Assembly (NCBI RefSeq): GCF_006345805.1
Contig: NW_021823723.1
Location: forward strand, 1-28,435
Source of the DNA: Octopus sinensis
Taxonomy: Eukaryota
Direction of reading: 5' to 3'
DNA length: 28,435 bases
The translations under genes and the position numbers were made by a program. Within the stretch, counting starts at the first letter, position 1. The number at the start of each line of letters is the position of its first letter. Of this stretch, positions 12,949 to 24,971 are shown piece after piece. The notes under the pieces are model-generated. The model made no database searches. It was not told where the DNA came from and was given only the letters and a program-made list of their open reading frames with translations.

Positions 12949-13172
12949 CAAAAATTAGAGGGCTGACCACTAAAAGTGGATAGCCTGTATGCTAGATATA
13001 GACGTCAAAATCGCCATTTTCCCCGAAGAATGTGTTCTCAAGAAAAAATTCAGCAAAAAACTCAAAATTTTGTATGTAAAAAAATTTTTTATCTTCGGAT
13101 TTAAAAAAAATGCCAGGCCGCTGGTTTTAATTGATTAATATCAATTTCTACACTTATTTAATTTTATATCTA

Positions 13173-13244
<72 letters not shown>

Positions 13245-13255
13245 ATCTATCTATC

Positions 13256-13324
<69 letters not shown>

Positions 13325-13350
13325 TATTTATATCTATCTACCTACCTACC

Positions 13351-13406
<56 letters not shown>

Positions 13407-13410
13407 ATAT

Positions 13411-13489
<79 letters not shown>

Positions 13490-13615
13490 CATATATTTGA
13501 TTTTGATTTTTTGATTTTTCCAGTTTCAGCTTATGAGCTGTGGCCATGCTGGGGCATATATATATATAAACAAATCACATTGCGATAAAATAAAAATAAT
13601 ATAAATCGCTGGTAT

Positions 13616-13663
<48 letters not shown>

Positions 13664-13709
13664 GTATATTTATATCTATCTACATATCTATCTATCTATC
13701 TATCTATCT

Positions 13710-13744
<35 letters not shown>

Positions 13745-13842
13745 CTCTCTCTATATATACATACATATATATATATTATATATATGTATATATATATATT
13801 ATATATAGTATTTTATCTATCTACCTATCTATCTATCTCTCG

Positions 13843-13896
<54 letters not shown>

Positions 13897-13981
13897 ATCT
13901 ATCTATATATATATATACTACATATTTGATTGCAAAATAGTGGTTTTGTCTCTAATTAATATTATATATATATATATATAT

Positions 13982-14603
13982 ACTAAGCAGTATCGCCCGG
14001 CGTTGCTCGGGTTTGTAAGGGAAATAACTATATTCCTTTTTAGAGAGTTATAGCCCAAAATAGCAAAAAATGGAAAAAATATGATGGTAAATTTTTTTTT
14101 AAATCGTTGACTCATCGTAGACATTTTAGAGAGTTACTTCCCTTTATAATAGCAAAAAATGCATTAAAATGGAAAAAAACGATGGTAAATTTTTTTTTAA
14201 ATCGTACACTCATGTAGACGCTTTCTTAGCCATTTCTTTTTGGTGTCTTCAAGCCATGAAGTCGTTGTTCTAAAGAACACTGGTCTCCTTGACAACGCAT
14301 TACGACGTTATTTCCTTACACTCCCTTCCCCACAGGTGCAGGTGTGAGCGTGGACGCCAACTCCGCCGCCATCGACACACGAAAAATTATGCATTAAAAT
14401 GGAATACAAAATGATGTTAAATTATTTTTAAAATCGTAGACTCATCGTAGACGCGCGCTAATATTCAAAGACGGGCTCGATATGAATCACGACTATAAGG
14501 TACCCGAATTTGGTTAAACTGCACCGCAAAATGTGGGAGTAGTTAGGAATCTAAATCGAAAGGGGACAGACACTCACACAACTACAGTTTTATATATATA
14601 GAT
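13982..14603 (+). mobile_element. Non-autonomous Helitron/HINE-like element
   Basis: Starts ACTAAGCAGTATCG with hairpin CCCGGCGTTGCTCGGG; three internal subrepeats (AAAAAATG..TAAATTTTTTTTAAATCGT.GACTCATCGTAGAC); ends GACAGACAC...TTTTATATATATAGAT; inserted in (TA)n. Confidence 0.65.
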
Positions 14604-14631
14604 ATACATAGCGCAGTAGTGGTGAGATGTG

Positions 14632-14928
14632 ACAGCAAAGAAAAGCATACATTCACTCTCTGCATGCAATTAGACTCGGAAAGTTCGTGAGGAACCCCTT
14701 GACCCAATTTGCTGACTTTTCCGATAGCACACAGGTCTCAATGAATGGTTGGATGACCAAATCCAAGCTTCTCTGCTAGTTCCTCAACAGTTACGATGAG
14801 ATTTTGTCCACCAGGGTTTTCGGATGTCCTTGTCGAGTTCTACAGATCTTTCAGGATGAGGCTCGTCTTCTAGGCTGTAGTTTATGGCTCGGGATTTCTG
14901 GAACCCACCATTGACACTGCCTTACGCT
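14632..14928 (-). mobile_element. mariner transposase fragment (HTH to linker)
   Basis: SVRQCQW..NYSLEDEPHPERSVELD..VTVEELAEKLGFGHPTIH*DLCAIGKVSKLGQGVPHELSESNCMQRVNVCFSLL, with a WVPHEL-like motif. Confidence 0.85.
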
Positions 14929-15882
14929 TATTGTCCCAATCCCCATATACTGCATTATATTTCTTTACTTTGCACACATTTATATTCTGTTATTCTTTTA
15001 TATGTTTCAGCCTTGAGGTTGTGGCCATGCTGGATCATGTGTGTGTGTGTGTGTGTCTATCTGTCTGTCTGTCTGTATGTATATATGTATATGTATGTGT
15101 TGTGAACAATAATATTTTCAACAGATGTGTTGCCAATGTATCTGATTGTTCTCAAGCTTCAATACTGGTGTGTGTGTATGTGTGTGTTGGTGTATGTATG
15201 TATGTATATGTATGTATGTATGTAAATATGTATTTATGTATGTATGTTGTTGTATGTATATGTGTGTGTGTATGTATGTGTTGTGTGTGTGTATGTATGT
15301 ATGTATGTGTATGTAGTATGTATGTATGTATGAGTGTATGTTTACTTTATTACTAACACAAGCCACTACGGTTATTTAATGTAAGTTCTTCGTCAATCAC
15401 TCTCTCTCTCGCTATTTACTCTCTTCCAAGAACATTTTCACTCACTCTTAGCTCTTAGCTTCCCATACATTTTACTCATGTATCTATCAGCGTCATAGAC
15501 AGAATACTTTCAGTTTAGTCTTCCTCAAATCACTCTGTCGCTATTTACTTTCATTTTATTTCGTTGCCCACTGTGTGTGTGTCGTTTGCGTGTGGTGTAA
15601 ACCAGACTAAGAAAAGCATTTGACACACCACACAGAATGTGAGTTTTCTGTAAATTTTGCTTAATTGGAGTTTAAATTTAAAACTGGACCTGGCATGACG
15701 CGATGCATTGTACTGTTAAAATTCTAGGTAAATTGTAATTGAAGAAATCTTATATGTAGATTTGTATAACTCCCAAAGGAGGCAGATAAAATCTGCCTTT
15801 TATAATAAGATATATATAATATATATTATATATATATATAGTATATTTAATCTATTCTACCTATCTATCTATCTATCTATCT

Positions 15883-15918
<36 letters not shown>

Positions 15919-15930
15919 ATCTATCTATCG

Positions 15931-15986
<56 letters not shown>

Positions 15987-16784
15987 GCTCCTCTGCTTGC
16001 TTGTGTCTCTGTAATTGTGCTATAGACGTTTTTATGTGTATCAGTTGTAAACCGACGTATGATATTGCGTTACCTTATATTAAAAATATTACTTAGAGAT
16101 TCTCTAATTTAGAGATTGATAAAATATGTATGTACCAGCCTCTGACATATATTCTAAAGATCGTTATGATTGACAAAGAAATTTTAAAGGGGGTTGCACC
16201 AGCATGGCCACGAAGCTCAAGTCCCTTGACTATGAGACCGATGAAGGAATGTTTAAAAAAAGTTTAAATGTGAAAAAAAAAAAAAGAAACAATTCCATAA
16301 ATGAATAAATAAATATATAAGATCTTAAAAGTTCGCAAATGTTTATTGATAGTATAGCTGATGTCGCTATTGTAGCAAAAGGACACAAACAAAACAGGGC
16401 TCGTCCTCAGTGTGTGTGTGTGTGTGTGTGTGTGTTGTGTGTTTATTTATGTATGTATATTTATGTTAGTACGCCTCTGCCTCTGTGCCATTCGACCGCT
16501 TTGAAATTTCGTCCAAAGTAGTAGTGATCCAAGAACCGAAATGTGCCACATTAGCGAAGACGGAGAGGCCTTCATTACATTCCCATCCATAAGACACGAC
16601 GCCAACTAACACCAATGCGTTATCTGAAGAGCGGGTGCAGGTCAGTGGGCCACCCGAGTCACCCTGTCAAAGATAGAAAATGGAACATTTAGTATTGTTT
16701 CGTTTTGATTAAGTTTAAATATTTTATGTCGTTTTCTTGGTTTTGAAGTTTCAAATTTTGTTTGTTATACGATTTCATCATTGA

Positions 16785-17200
16785 AGAATTGTCTTCAACG
16801 GGTCACGAACGTGGACAATGTACAGAACAATGGAAAAGACGACAGGTGCGTTTGAAATGTGGATCTTTCATAGTTTGCAGAATAAATTGGAAAGACAGGG
16901 TAACGCATGCTGCAGTATTAGTAAAGCTGAAAATTCATAAACACCTACAAACAGGAATCAGGTTTACAAATCTATCATATTTTGGACATGAAATACACCA
17001 CGAATGATTGCACAAGCTCAATCCTGACAGAAAGTGTGCAAGGGACGAGGGTCAGAAACTGTTGAAGATATCTGTGGATTGACAAAATGAAAGAATGGAC
17101 TAAAAACAAAATGCTGGCTGATATCCAAACATTACAATACAGAGGGAACTGGAGAGTCTTTACAAGGTGACCCCTGAATACAAGAAGGGCAGCTGGCTGC
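16785..17200 (+). mobile_element. RTE/BovB-like LINE, 3' (post-RT) fragment
   Basis: WTMYRTMEKTTGAFEMWIF then RINWKDRVTHAAVLVKL..LSYFGH, matching the RTE pattern ExWT..AFEMW..I.W.D+VTN.EVL..YFGH. Confidence 0.8.
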
Positions 17201-17382
17201 TGTTGCTTCTGATGATTTTTACGGAAATCTTGTGAACCTTAGCGACGTCAGTCTTATATTTCCATTGGGTTTGATCACTGACAAATAGAAAGTGAAAGGG
17301 GAATATCGTCAGTAATAGTGCGATGGGGTAAGACTTTTCTGGCGGTCATTTACATCTTCTGGGGATCTACATTAACAAATGA

Positions 17383-17432
<50 letters not shown>

Positions 17433-18093
17433 TACACGCGCACACACACATTGATACACTCAGTGGCTGCTAATAGCACGCAGGCTACGACAGACTGATA
17501 AGATGCTTTTGAAGCCGAGAATTTGAGTTTATGGAGACAATATTTATATATCGCCTGAAGAAACAAAAATAGATCTCATAATGCAGAGAAACGGTTACAA
17601 AACAAAATACCCGCAAGCCTGGAAAACTACGTTGCGCGGAAACAATTGTAGTGATTGCAATTAAATGTCCAACCGTAGTCCTTCTGGCTGACTTCAACTT
17701 ATTCAATTACATATCTATATATATATATATATATATATATATTACATACATATATATTACATACATATATATATATAATACATATATACATATATATATA
17801 TATTACATATATACATATATATATATTACATATATATATATAATACATATATATAATACATATATACATATATATATTACATACAATATATATATATAAT
17901 AATATGAGGGAATATTATTCCAAACTTACAGGGAAATTTTCAACTTAGAACTTAGAAATACTATCAAATTTCACAATATATATATATATATATATACATT
18001 ATAATATATATATATATATATATAATATATATATGCATACACACACACACATATAATATATATATATGCATATATAATATATATATATATATA

Positions 18094-18137
<44 letters not shown>

Positions 18138-18697
18138 TAATATTAATATTTAATTCTTATGCTTTCCTTAAAACTTGATTTCGAAACGTACGTCCGTAGA
18201 TAACTTTAAAATGTTTGATAGATTGCAGTTAATTCATTCTCTCTTACCTGTTTGTGTCAGCCTTCCAATTGCTGTTTTTAACTGAGATCTCCCTTTTTAG
18301 TAGAAGAAATAGCTATAACCCTTTGACTGCTATTTCTAAATTCGGTATGTGGTAAGGCAAGTCGTTGCTAACTAACCCTTATTGCTTAGTATTACTTAAA
18401 TTTTCCTCGAATGAGGCTTTTACTTGCCGAAGACTACTTGGTTGTAATTGATAATTATTCCAAATTAATTAATTTCACCCTTCATTATTACGGATAACCA
18501 TATTTTATCTCAGTAGATGACCACAGCATTTTGTTTTGGCTACACGCGGGTGGGAAGGGGCTGTTGACACAATCGTTTCATTCACAATTTGAATTCGGTG
18601 ATACTAGTTGCGGATTCTAGCTCGCTCTGATACTGAGTTGAGTTGGTGCCATCCTAGTATCTCAAAATTCAATATATAATCATTTTGATTATAGTAT

Positions 18698-18804
18698 TCT
18701 ACGCTGAAGAGAAAGGAAGTTTCGGTAAGATAGAATTATTTAATATTTAATATTTAATTCTTATGCTTTCCTTAAAACTTGATTTCGAAACGTACGTCCG
18801 TAGA
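18698..18804 (+). ncRNA. Type I hammerhead ribozyme, fully canonical
   Basis: TCTACG-CTGAAGA-GAAAggAAGTTT...AAACTTgaTTTC-GAAA-CGTACG-TC/CGTAGA; 6-bp stem I, G-C closing stem II, palindromic ACGTACGT stem III, GUC site after 18798. Confidence 0.9.
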
Positions 18805-19302
18805 TAACTTTAAAAATGTTTGATAGATTGCAGTTAATTCATCATTCTCTCTACTGTTTGTGTCAGCCTTCCAATTGCTGTTTTTACTGAGATCTCCCTT
18901 TTTAGTAGAAGAATAGCTATAACCCTTTGACTGCTATTTCTAAATTCGGTATGTGGTAAGGCAATTCGTTGCTAAACCCTTATTGCTTAGTATTACTTAA
19001 ATTTTCCTCGAATGAGGCTTTTACATGCCGAAGACTACTTGGTGTAATTGATAATTATTCCAAATTAATTAATTTCACCCTTCATTATTACGGAAACCAT
19101 ATTTTATCTCAGTAGATGACCACAGCATTTTGTTTTTGGCTACACGCGGTTGGGAAGGGGCTGTTGACACAATCGTTTCATTCACAAATTTGAATTCGGT
19201 GATACTAGTTGCGGATTCTAGCTCGCTCTGAACTGAGTTGAGTTGGTGCCTCCTAGTATCTCAAAATTCAATATAAATCATTTATGATTATAGTATTTAG
19301 TT

Positions 19303-19401
19303 TCTACCTGAAGAGAAGGAAGTTTCGGTAATAGAATTTTTAATATTTATTTTAATTCTTATGCTTTCCTTAAAACTTGATTTCGAAACGTACGTCCGTA
19401 G
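19303..19401 (+). ncRNA. Second hammerhead copy of the array (1-nt deletions in stems I and II)
   Basis: TCTAC-CTGAAGA-GAAGGAAG...TTTC-GAAACGTACGTC/CGTAG; site after 19396. Confidence 0.75.
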
Positions 19402-19702
19402 GATAACTTTAAAAATGTTTGATAGATTGCAGTTAATTCATTCTCTCTTACCTGTTTGTGTCAGCCTTCCAATTGCTGTTTTTACTGAGATCTCCCTTTT
19501 TAGTAGAAGAAATAGCTATAACCTTTGACTGCTATTTCTAAATTCGGTATGTGGTAAGGCAATTCGTTGCTAAACCCTTATTGCTTAGTATTTATATGCA
19601 TATATATATATACATATATATATAAGCATACACACACATATATATACATATATACACACACATAGATATCTATATCTATATCTCTCTCTCTCTCTCTCTC
19701 TC

Positions 19703-19795
<93 letters not shown>

Positions 19796-19808
19796 TAATA
19801 ATAATAAA
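19703..19808. repeat. (ATA)n microsatellite
   Basis: Direct inspection. Confidence 0.97.
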
Positions 19809-20193
19809 ATGTAACCACAAAAGAATGAGACCTGGATATTAGAGAAATAGAGGCTTATTTAGCTTTGTTATAATTTAGAACAAACAGGAAAAGGTTGTCA
19901 TTATAGTACTCGGAGTTTCGAATGTCGAAGCGAAGAGCTACGATACATTCTCGTCGGCTATTAATGGCAAGAGACGTTATCAAAAACTGTTGAATAAAAG
20001 GGAAGTTACTCTAATAGGTAGAGAAAGAAAAAGAAAAAAGAAAAAATACACGCAACCATATTCTCACAATACATAGATGTAAACCACCTGCATTCATAAC
20101 GTCTACATACGTACACATTCACGCAAATATACACAAGCATCTATGTATGTACGTACTCATATATACACACATATCCACCGAAACATCCACACG

Positions 20194-20225
<32 letters not shown>

Positions 20226-20241
20226 CACACATATATATATA

Positions 20242-20700
20242 TACTCTTTTACTCTTTTACTTGTTTCAGTCATTTGACTGTGGCCATGCTGGAGCACAGC
20301 CTTTAGTCGAGCAAATCGACCCCAGGACTTATTCTTTGTAAGCCCAGTACTTATTCTATCGACTCTTTTGCCGAACCGTTAAGTTACGGAGACGTAAACA
20401 TACCAGCATCGGTTGTCAAGCGATGTTTGGGGGACCCACACACACACACACACACATGTACATATATACAACGGGCTTCTTTCAGTTTCTGTCTACCAAA
20501 TCCACTCACAAGACTTTGGTCGGCCCGTGGCTATAGTAGAAGACTGAGTGGTAAGTAGCTTGCTTACCAACCAATGGTACAGGGTTCAGTCCCACTGCGT
20601 GGCACCTTGGGCAAGTGTCTTCTACTATAGCCACGGGCCGACCAAAGTCTTGTGAGTTGATTTGGTAGACAGAAACTGAAAGAAGCCCGTTGTATATATG

Positions 20701-20736
<36 letters not shown>

Positions 20737-20922
20737 GTCCCCCAAACATCGCTTGACAACCGATGCTGGTATGTTTACGTCTCCGTAACTTAACGGTTCG
20801 GCAAAAGAGTCGATAGAATAAGTACTGGGCTTACAAAGAATAAGTCCTGGGGTCGATTTGCTCGACTAAAGGCTGTGCTCCAGCATGGCCACAGTCAAAT
20901 GACTGAAACAAGTAAAAGAGTA
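20242..20922. mobile_element. Head-to-head fold-back pair of family A SINE (5'-truncated minus copy + near full-length plus copy)
   Basis: Arms 20242-20544 and 20617-20922 are near-identical reverse complements; the 72-nt spacer is the tRNA-like head. Confidence 0.9.
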
Positions 20923-20964
20923 TATATATATGTGTGTAATATATATATATATATTATATATATA

Positions 20965-21001
<37 letters not shown>

Positions 21002-21010
21002 TATATATCA

Positions 21011-21420
21011 GGAGTGGCTGTGTGGTAAGTAGCTTGCTAATTAACCACATGGTTCCGGTTCAGTCCCAGTGCGTGGCATCTTGGGCAAGTGTCTTCTACT
21101 ATAGCCCGTCCGACCAATGCTTGTGAGTGATTTGGTAGACGGAAACTGAAGAGCCTTCGTATATATGTATATATATATGTATATATATATTGTGTGTGTG
21201 TTTGTGTATCTGTGTTTTGTCCCCCTAGCATTGCTTGACAACCGATGCTGGTGTATTTACGTCCCGTCACTTAGCGTTCGGCAAAAGAGACCGATAGAAT
21301 AAGTACTGGGCTTACAAAGAATAAGTCCTGGGGTCGATTTGCTCGACTAAAGGCGGTACTCCAGCATGGCAGCAGTCAAATGACTGAAACAAGTAAAAGA
21401 GTAAAAGAGTAAAAAGAGTA
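21011..21420 (+). mobile_element. tRNA-derived SINE family A, full length
   Basis: GGAGTGGCTGTGTGGTAAG head through an (AAAAGAGT)n tail. Confidence 0.9.
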
Positions 21421-21780
21421 TATATATATATATATGTGTGTTGTGTGTGTCTGTGTGTGTACGCAACCTCATCCTCATGTACACATTTGTGCTTACATGC
21501 GAAAACGTAGCATAATACATATGTATTTAGACATTCCCGCATATATACAAACATGTATATCCGTATAAATGAAGGGTGCGTGGTCACGAAAGCCGTACAT
21601 ATGCACCGCACACAATATATACATCTATATATGCACATGGAAAAGCATAGAAGCATACACACATTCATATGTAGGTGTCTGCATACTTACACAGATATAC
21701 ACACATCCATCCATCCATCCATCCATCCATCCATACACACAAACATACATACATACAAACATACATACATACATACATAG

Positions 21781-22108
21781 AAGGAGCACTCCGTCGGTTA
21801 CGACGACGAGGGTCCCAGCTGATACGATCAACGGAACAGCTTGCTTGTGAAATTAATGTGCAAGTGACTGAGCAATCCACAGACACGTGTACCCCTAACG
21901 TAGTTGTCAGGGAGATTCAGCCTGACACAGAGTGTGACAAGATCTAGCCCTTTCAATTACAGGTACGACTTATTTTTGCCAACTGAGTGGGCTGGAGCAG
22001 CGTGAAATAAAGTGTCTTGCTCAAGGAAACAACGCGTCGCCGGGAATCGAACTTACGACCTTACGATCTTGAGCCGAATGCCCTAACCACTAAGCCAGGC
22101 GCCTTCAC
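21781..22108 (-). mobile_element. tRNA-derived SINE family C
   Basis: GTGAAGGCGCCTGGCTTAGTGGTTAGGG (A box), AGTTCGATTCCC (B box), CCTTGAGCAAGACACTT, and a different tail ending GTCGTAACCGACGGAGTGCTCC. Confidence 0.8.
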
Positions 22109-22142
22109 ATCCATCCAGCCATCCATACACACATACATACCT

Positions 22143-22600
22143 ACAGAGTGTGTGATTAAAAAGCTCACACTGCACTCTCATGATTCTGGGTTCGGTGCAA
22201 TTGCGTGGCATCTAGGGCAAGTTTCTTTTACTATTGTCTCGGGCATGCCGATGCCTTGCGAGTGAATTTGATATACGGAAAACGTGCGGAAGCTCGTCGT
22301 ATTCACATGTGCGTGTGCATATGTGTGTGTGTGTGGTGTGTGTGTGTTTGTCCCATCCCACTGATTGACAATCGGTGTTGGTTTGTTTACGTCTTGCTTC
22401 AGACATTAGACTGCGGCCATGCTGGGGCACCCCCTTGAAGAATTTTAGTCGAATGAATCGATCCCAGGTACTTATTTTTTAAAAGCCTGGTGCTTATTCT
22501 ATCGGTCTTCTTTGTCGAACCGATAGACTTGGGAGACGTGAGCACACCAACACTGTTTATCAAGCGGTGGTGGGGGTCAAACCTAAACACACAGACACAC
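22143..22600. mobile_element. Older, diverged family-A-like SINE pieces (plus 5' part to ~22392, minus 3' part ~22395-22600)
   Basis: GCGTGGCATCTAGGGCAAG on plus; GCCCCAGCATGGCCGCAGTCTAATGTCTGAAG on minus. Confidence 0.7.
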
Positions 22601-22722
22601 ACATTATACATACATACACACACACACACACACATATATATATACATTATATTATTATACATATATACATACATACTATATATATACACATTATATTATT
22701 ATACATATATACATATATATAC

Positions 22723-22796
<74 letters not shown>

Positions 22797-22800
<4 letters not shown>

Positions 22801-22906
22801 AAAGTTTTACGAAAAAACAAAACACGAAGACAGGTGGTGTACAAAACAAACAGATGTATTAGTATACCGTTCAGGAATAGAAAAAGTTTTTTTACGTTTC
22901 GAGCCT
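22797..22906 (-). mobile_element. Truncated copy of the module with the atypical hammerhead-like motif
   Basis: GGGAAAG..ACGAAGACAGGTGG..GTATTAGTATAC..GAAAAAGTTTTTTTACGTTTCGAGCC; homologous to 24268-24395 (inverted) and 25190-25301. Confidence 0.7.
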
Positions 22907-22938
22907 ATATATATATATGCATACATGAATACATAATG

Positions 22939-22969
<31 letters not shown>

Positions 22970-22975
<6 letters not shown>

Positions 22976-23131
22976 CGAAGGGCTCCTTCCAGTTTCCGTT
23001 TATTAAATCCACTCACAAGGCTTTGTTTAGCTCGGGCGGCTGTAGTAGAACAGACCTGCCAAAGGTGTAACGTCGTGGGACTGAACCTGAAACCATGTGA
23101 CTGGGAAGCAAACTTCTTACCACACAGCCAC
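22970..23131 (-). mobile_element. Family A SINE, 5' half
   Basis: GTGGCTGTGTGGTAAGAAG...GGTTCAGTCCC on minus. Confidence 0.75.
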
Positions 23132-23292
23132 AAATTTCGGGAGGAAAAATACAAAAGAAAAGGCAGCATAAATACTGGAGACGATTTGTCCAAATAAAAG
23201 CCCCTTTAGAGCGGTGCCCTACCCCAGTCCGTTGACCGAGTCAATTAAGAAGTAAAGATAAATAAAAAGGCAAAGATAAATAAAAACGTGCA

Positions 23293-23696
23293 GGAGTGGC
23301 TGTGTGGTAAGTAGCTTGCTTACCAACCACATGGTTCCGGGTTCAGTCCCACCGCGTGGCATCTTGGGCAAGTGTCTTCTGCTATAGCCCCGGGCTGATC
23401 AATGCCTTGTGAGTGGATTTTGTAGGCGGAAACTGAAAGAAGCTCGTCGTGTATATGTAAATATATATATGTGTGCGTGTATGTTTGTGTGTCTGTGTTT
23501 GTACCCCATAGCCATTGCTTGACAACCGATGGTGGTGTGTTTACGTCCCCGTCACTTAGCGGTTCGACAAAAGAGACCGATAGAATAAGTACTGGGCTTA
23601 CAAAGAATAAGTCCCGGGGTCGATTTGCTCCACTAAAGGCGGTGCTCCAGCATGGCCGCAGTCAAATGACTGAAACAAGTAAAAGAGTAAAGAGTA
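23293..23696 (+). mobile_element. tRNA-derived SINE family A, full length
   Basis: Same head, CORE-like segment and tail as the other copies. Confidence 0.9.
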
Positions 23697-24268
23697 TATA
23701 GATACCAGCTGTCTTATGGTTGCAGTAGTAATTTCAGAAACGGGATCGAAGGAAGCTTATTTACAGAATAAATTCGCTTCCAATCAGAAATACATTGAAA
23801 CACGTCAGCAATTACGATTATCGAATTCTCAACAATTACAATGGTTGAGATTTTGTATAATTTAATAACAGCAGAGTTAAACAGGCTAGTTTTAGCAATT
23901 TGTCTATGTTTATAATGGCAAGCAAGGAAATGTAGGCCGTTGATTCAATTAGAAGTTTTATTCGAAAGAGAAGTTATTAACGTCAACAGTAGCACGTTTA
24001 AAGTAGATACTGCGTGGCTGTTTTGAGGGGATCGATCGATGTGTCAGTGAGATAGTTACTGACACAGAGGAAAGCGTTTTGGCGCCCTGATTCGTTATGC
24101 TTCTACTGTCGATGCATGTGTGTGTGTGTGTTACACACATACATATACGTACATACATATATACATACATACATACATACATATATATGTATGTATATAT
24201 ATATAGATATATATATGATAGATCGTTAGCTACTACACGCATTTTTTTCTCTCCTTGTTTCTTTTTTT

Positions 24269-24304
24269 TTTCTGTGGAAGAGCGTAGGCTCGAAAAGTAA
24301 AAGA
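24269..24304 (+). ncRNA. Hammerhead-like motif with non-canonical core
   Basis: TTT-CTGTGGAA-GAGC GTAG GCTC-GAAA-AG-TA/AAAG. Confidence 0.4.
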
Positions 24305-24740
24305 CTTTTTCTATTCCTGAGCAGTATACTAATACATTTGTTTGTTTGTACAGCCCCTGCTTCGTCTTTTGTTTATTTTTGTAAACTTTCCCTTTATATA
24401 TATATATATAATATATTATATATATATATATAATATATAGATATATCATATATATAATATGTTGCCTTCGGAACGCGGAGTAGATGAACAGGGACAACTG
24501 AAGAAGGGGAGTATTCTTTATGTTATATGTATCGTTTCTATGATTTTGTTTCTCATTGTGTTTCAACGTTTTTTTGATGTCCTGTACCCATATATACATG
24601 TATATATACTATATATGTAGGTATGTACATATATGTATGTATATATATTATATATATATTTATATATTATACATTATATTATTTATATATTTTACTTATA
24701 TATTATATATATACTATATATATATATATAATTAATAAGA

Positions 24741-24802
<62 letters not shown>

Positions 24803-24898
24803 TATATAATATATATATAATATAATATATATATATATATTATAATATATATAGACGCATGTGCCTCTGTTTGAGTGCGCTTCCCATAATAACAGGAA

Positions 24899-24971
24899 TC
24901 TTACTGAAGAGCCTACCTGAGTAAATAAATATTATTTTTATTGCTGAAATAGGCGAAACTGCAGTCTAAGA
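24899..24971 (+). ncRNA. Type I hammerhead ribozyme, fully canonical
   Basis: TCTTA-CTGAAGA-GCCTA...TAGGC-GAAA-CTGCAG-TC/TAAGA; 5-bp stems I and II, palindromic ACTGCAGT stem III, GUC site after 24966; in a TA-flanked module ~24853-25142. Confidence 0.9.

Larger units (their letters stand above)
18135..19592 (+). repeat. ~600-bp tandem array (~2.4 units) with a hammerhead at each unit junction; candidate non-LTR retrozyme
   Basis: GAAACGTACGTC ends at 18194, 18798 and 19396 (periods 604 and 598); units differ mostly by small indels; TA-rich flanks. Confidence 0.88.

Noticed and set aside
16618-16675. Possible HHR: CTGAAGA-GCGGGTG...CACCCG
   Set aside because: Stem II-like hairpin is present but there is no GAAA and no convincing stem I.
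17200-17700. Host exon in the non-repetitive patches (also ~5460-5700, ~5900-6050, ~19810-20010)
   Set aside because: No ORF with a recognisable motif or consistent splice frame; cannot be excluded without RNA-seq.
18135-19592. CRISPR-like or coding interpretation of the tandem array
   Set aside because: Whole ~600-bp units repeat with no unique spacers and no ORF, and the context is eukaryotic.
21011-21075. tRNA genes at SINE heads
   Set aside because: Only A/B boxes are present, with no complete cloverleaf, and each continues into a SINE body.
23751-24065. Three short hairpins in otherwise unique sequence (GGAAGC/GCTTCC, TCTCAAC/GTTGAGA, GTGTCAGT/ACTGACAC)
   Set aside because: Stems of 6-11 bp are plausible by chance; there is no second copy or expression evidence, and they are too short for a pre-miRNA call.
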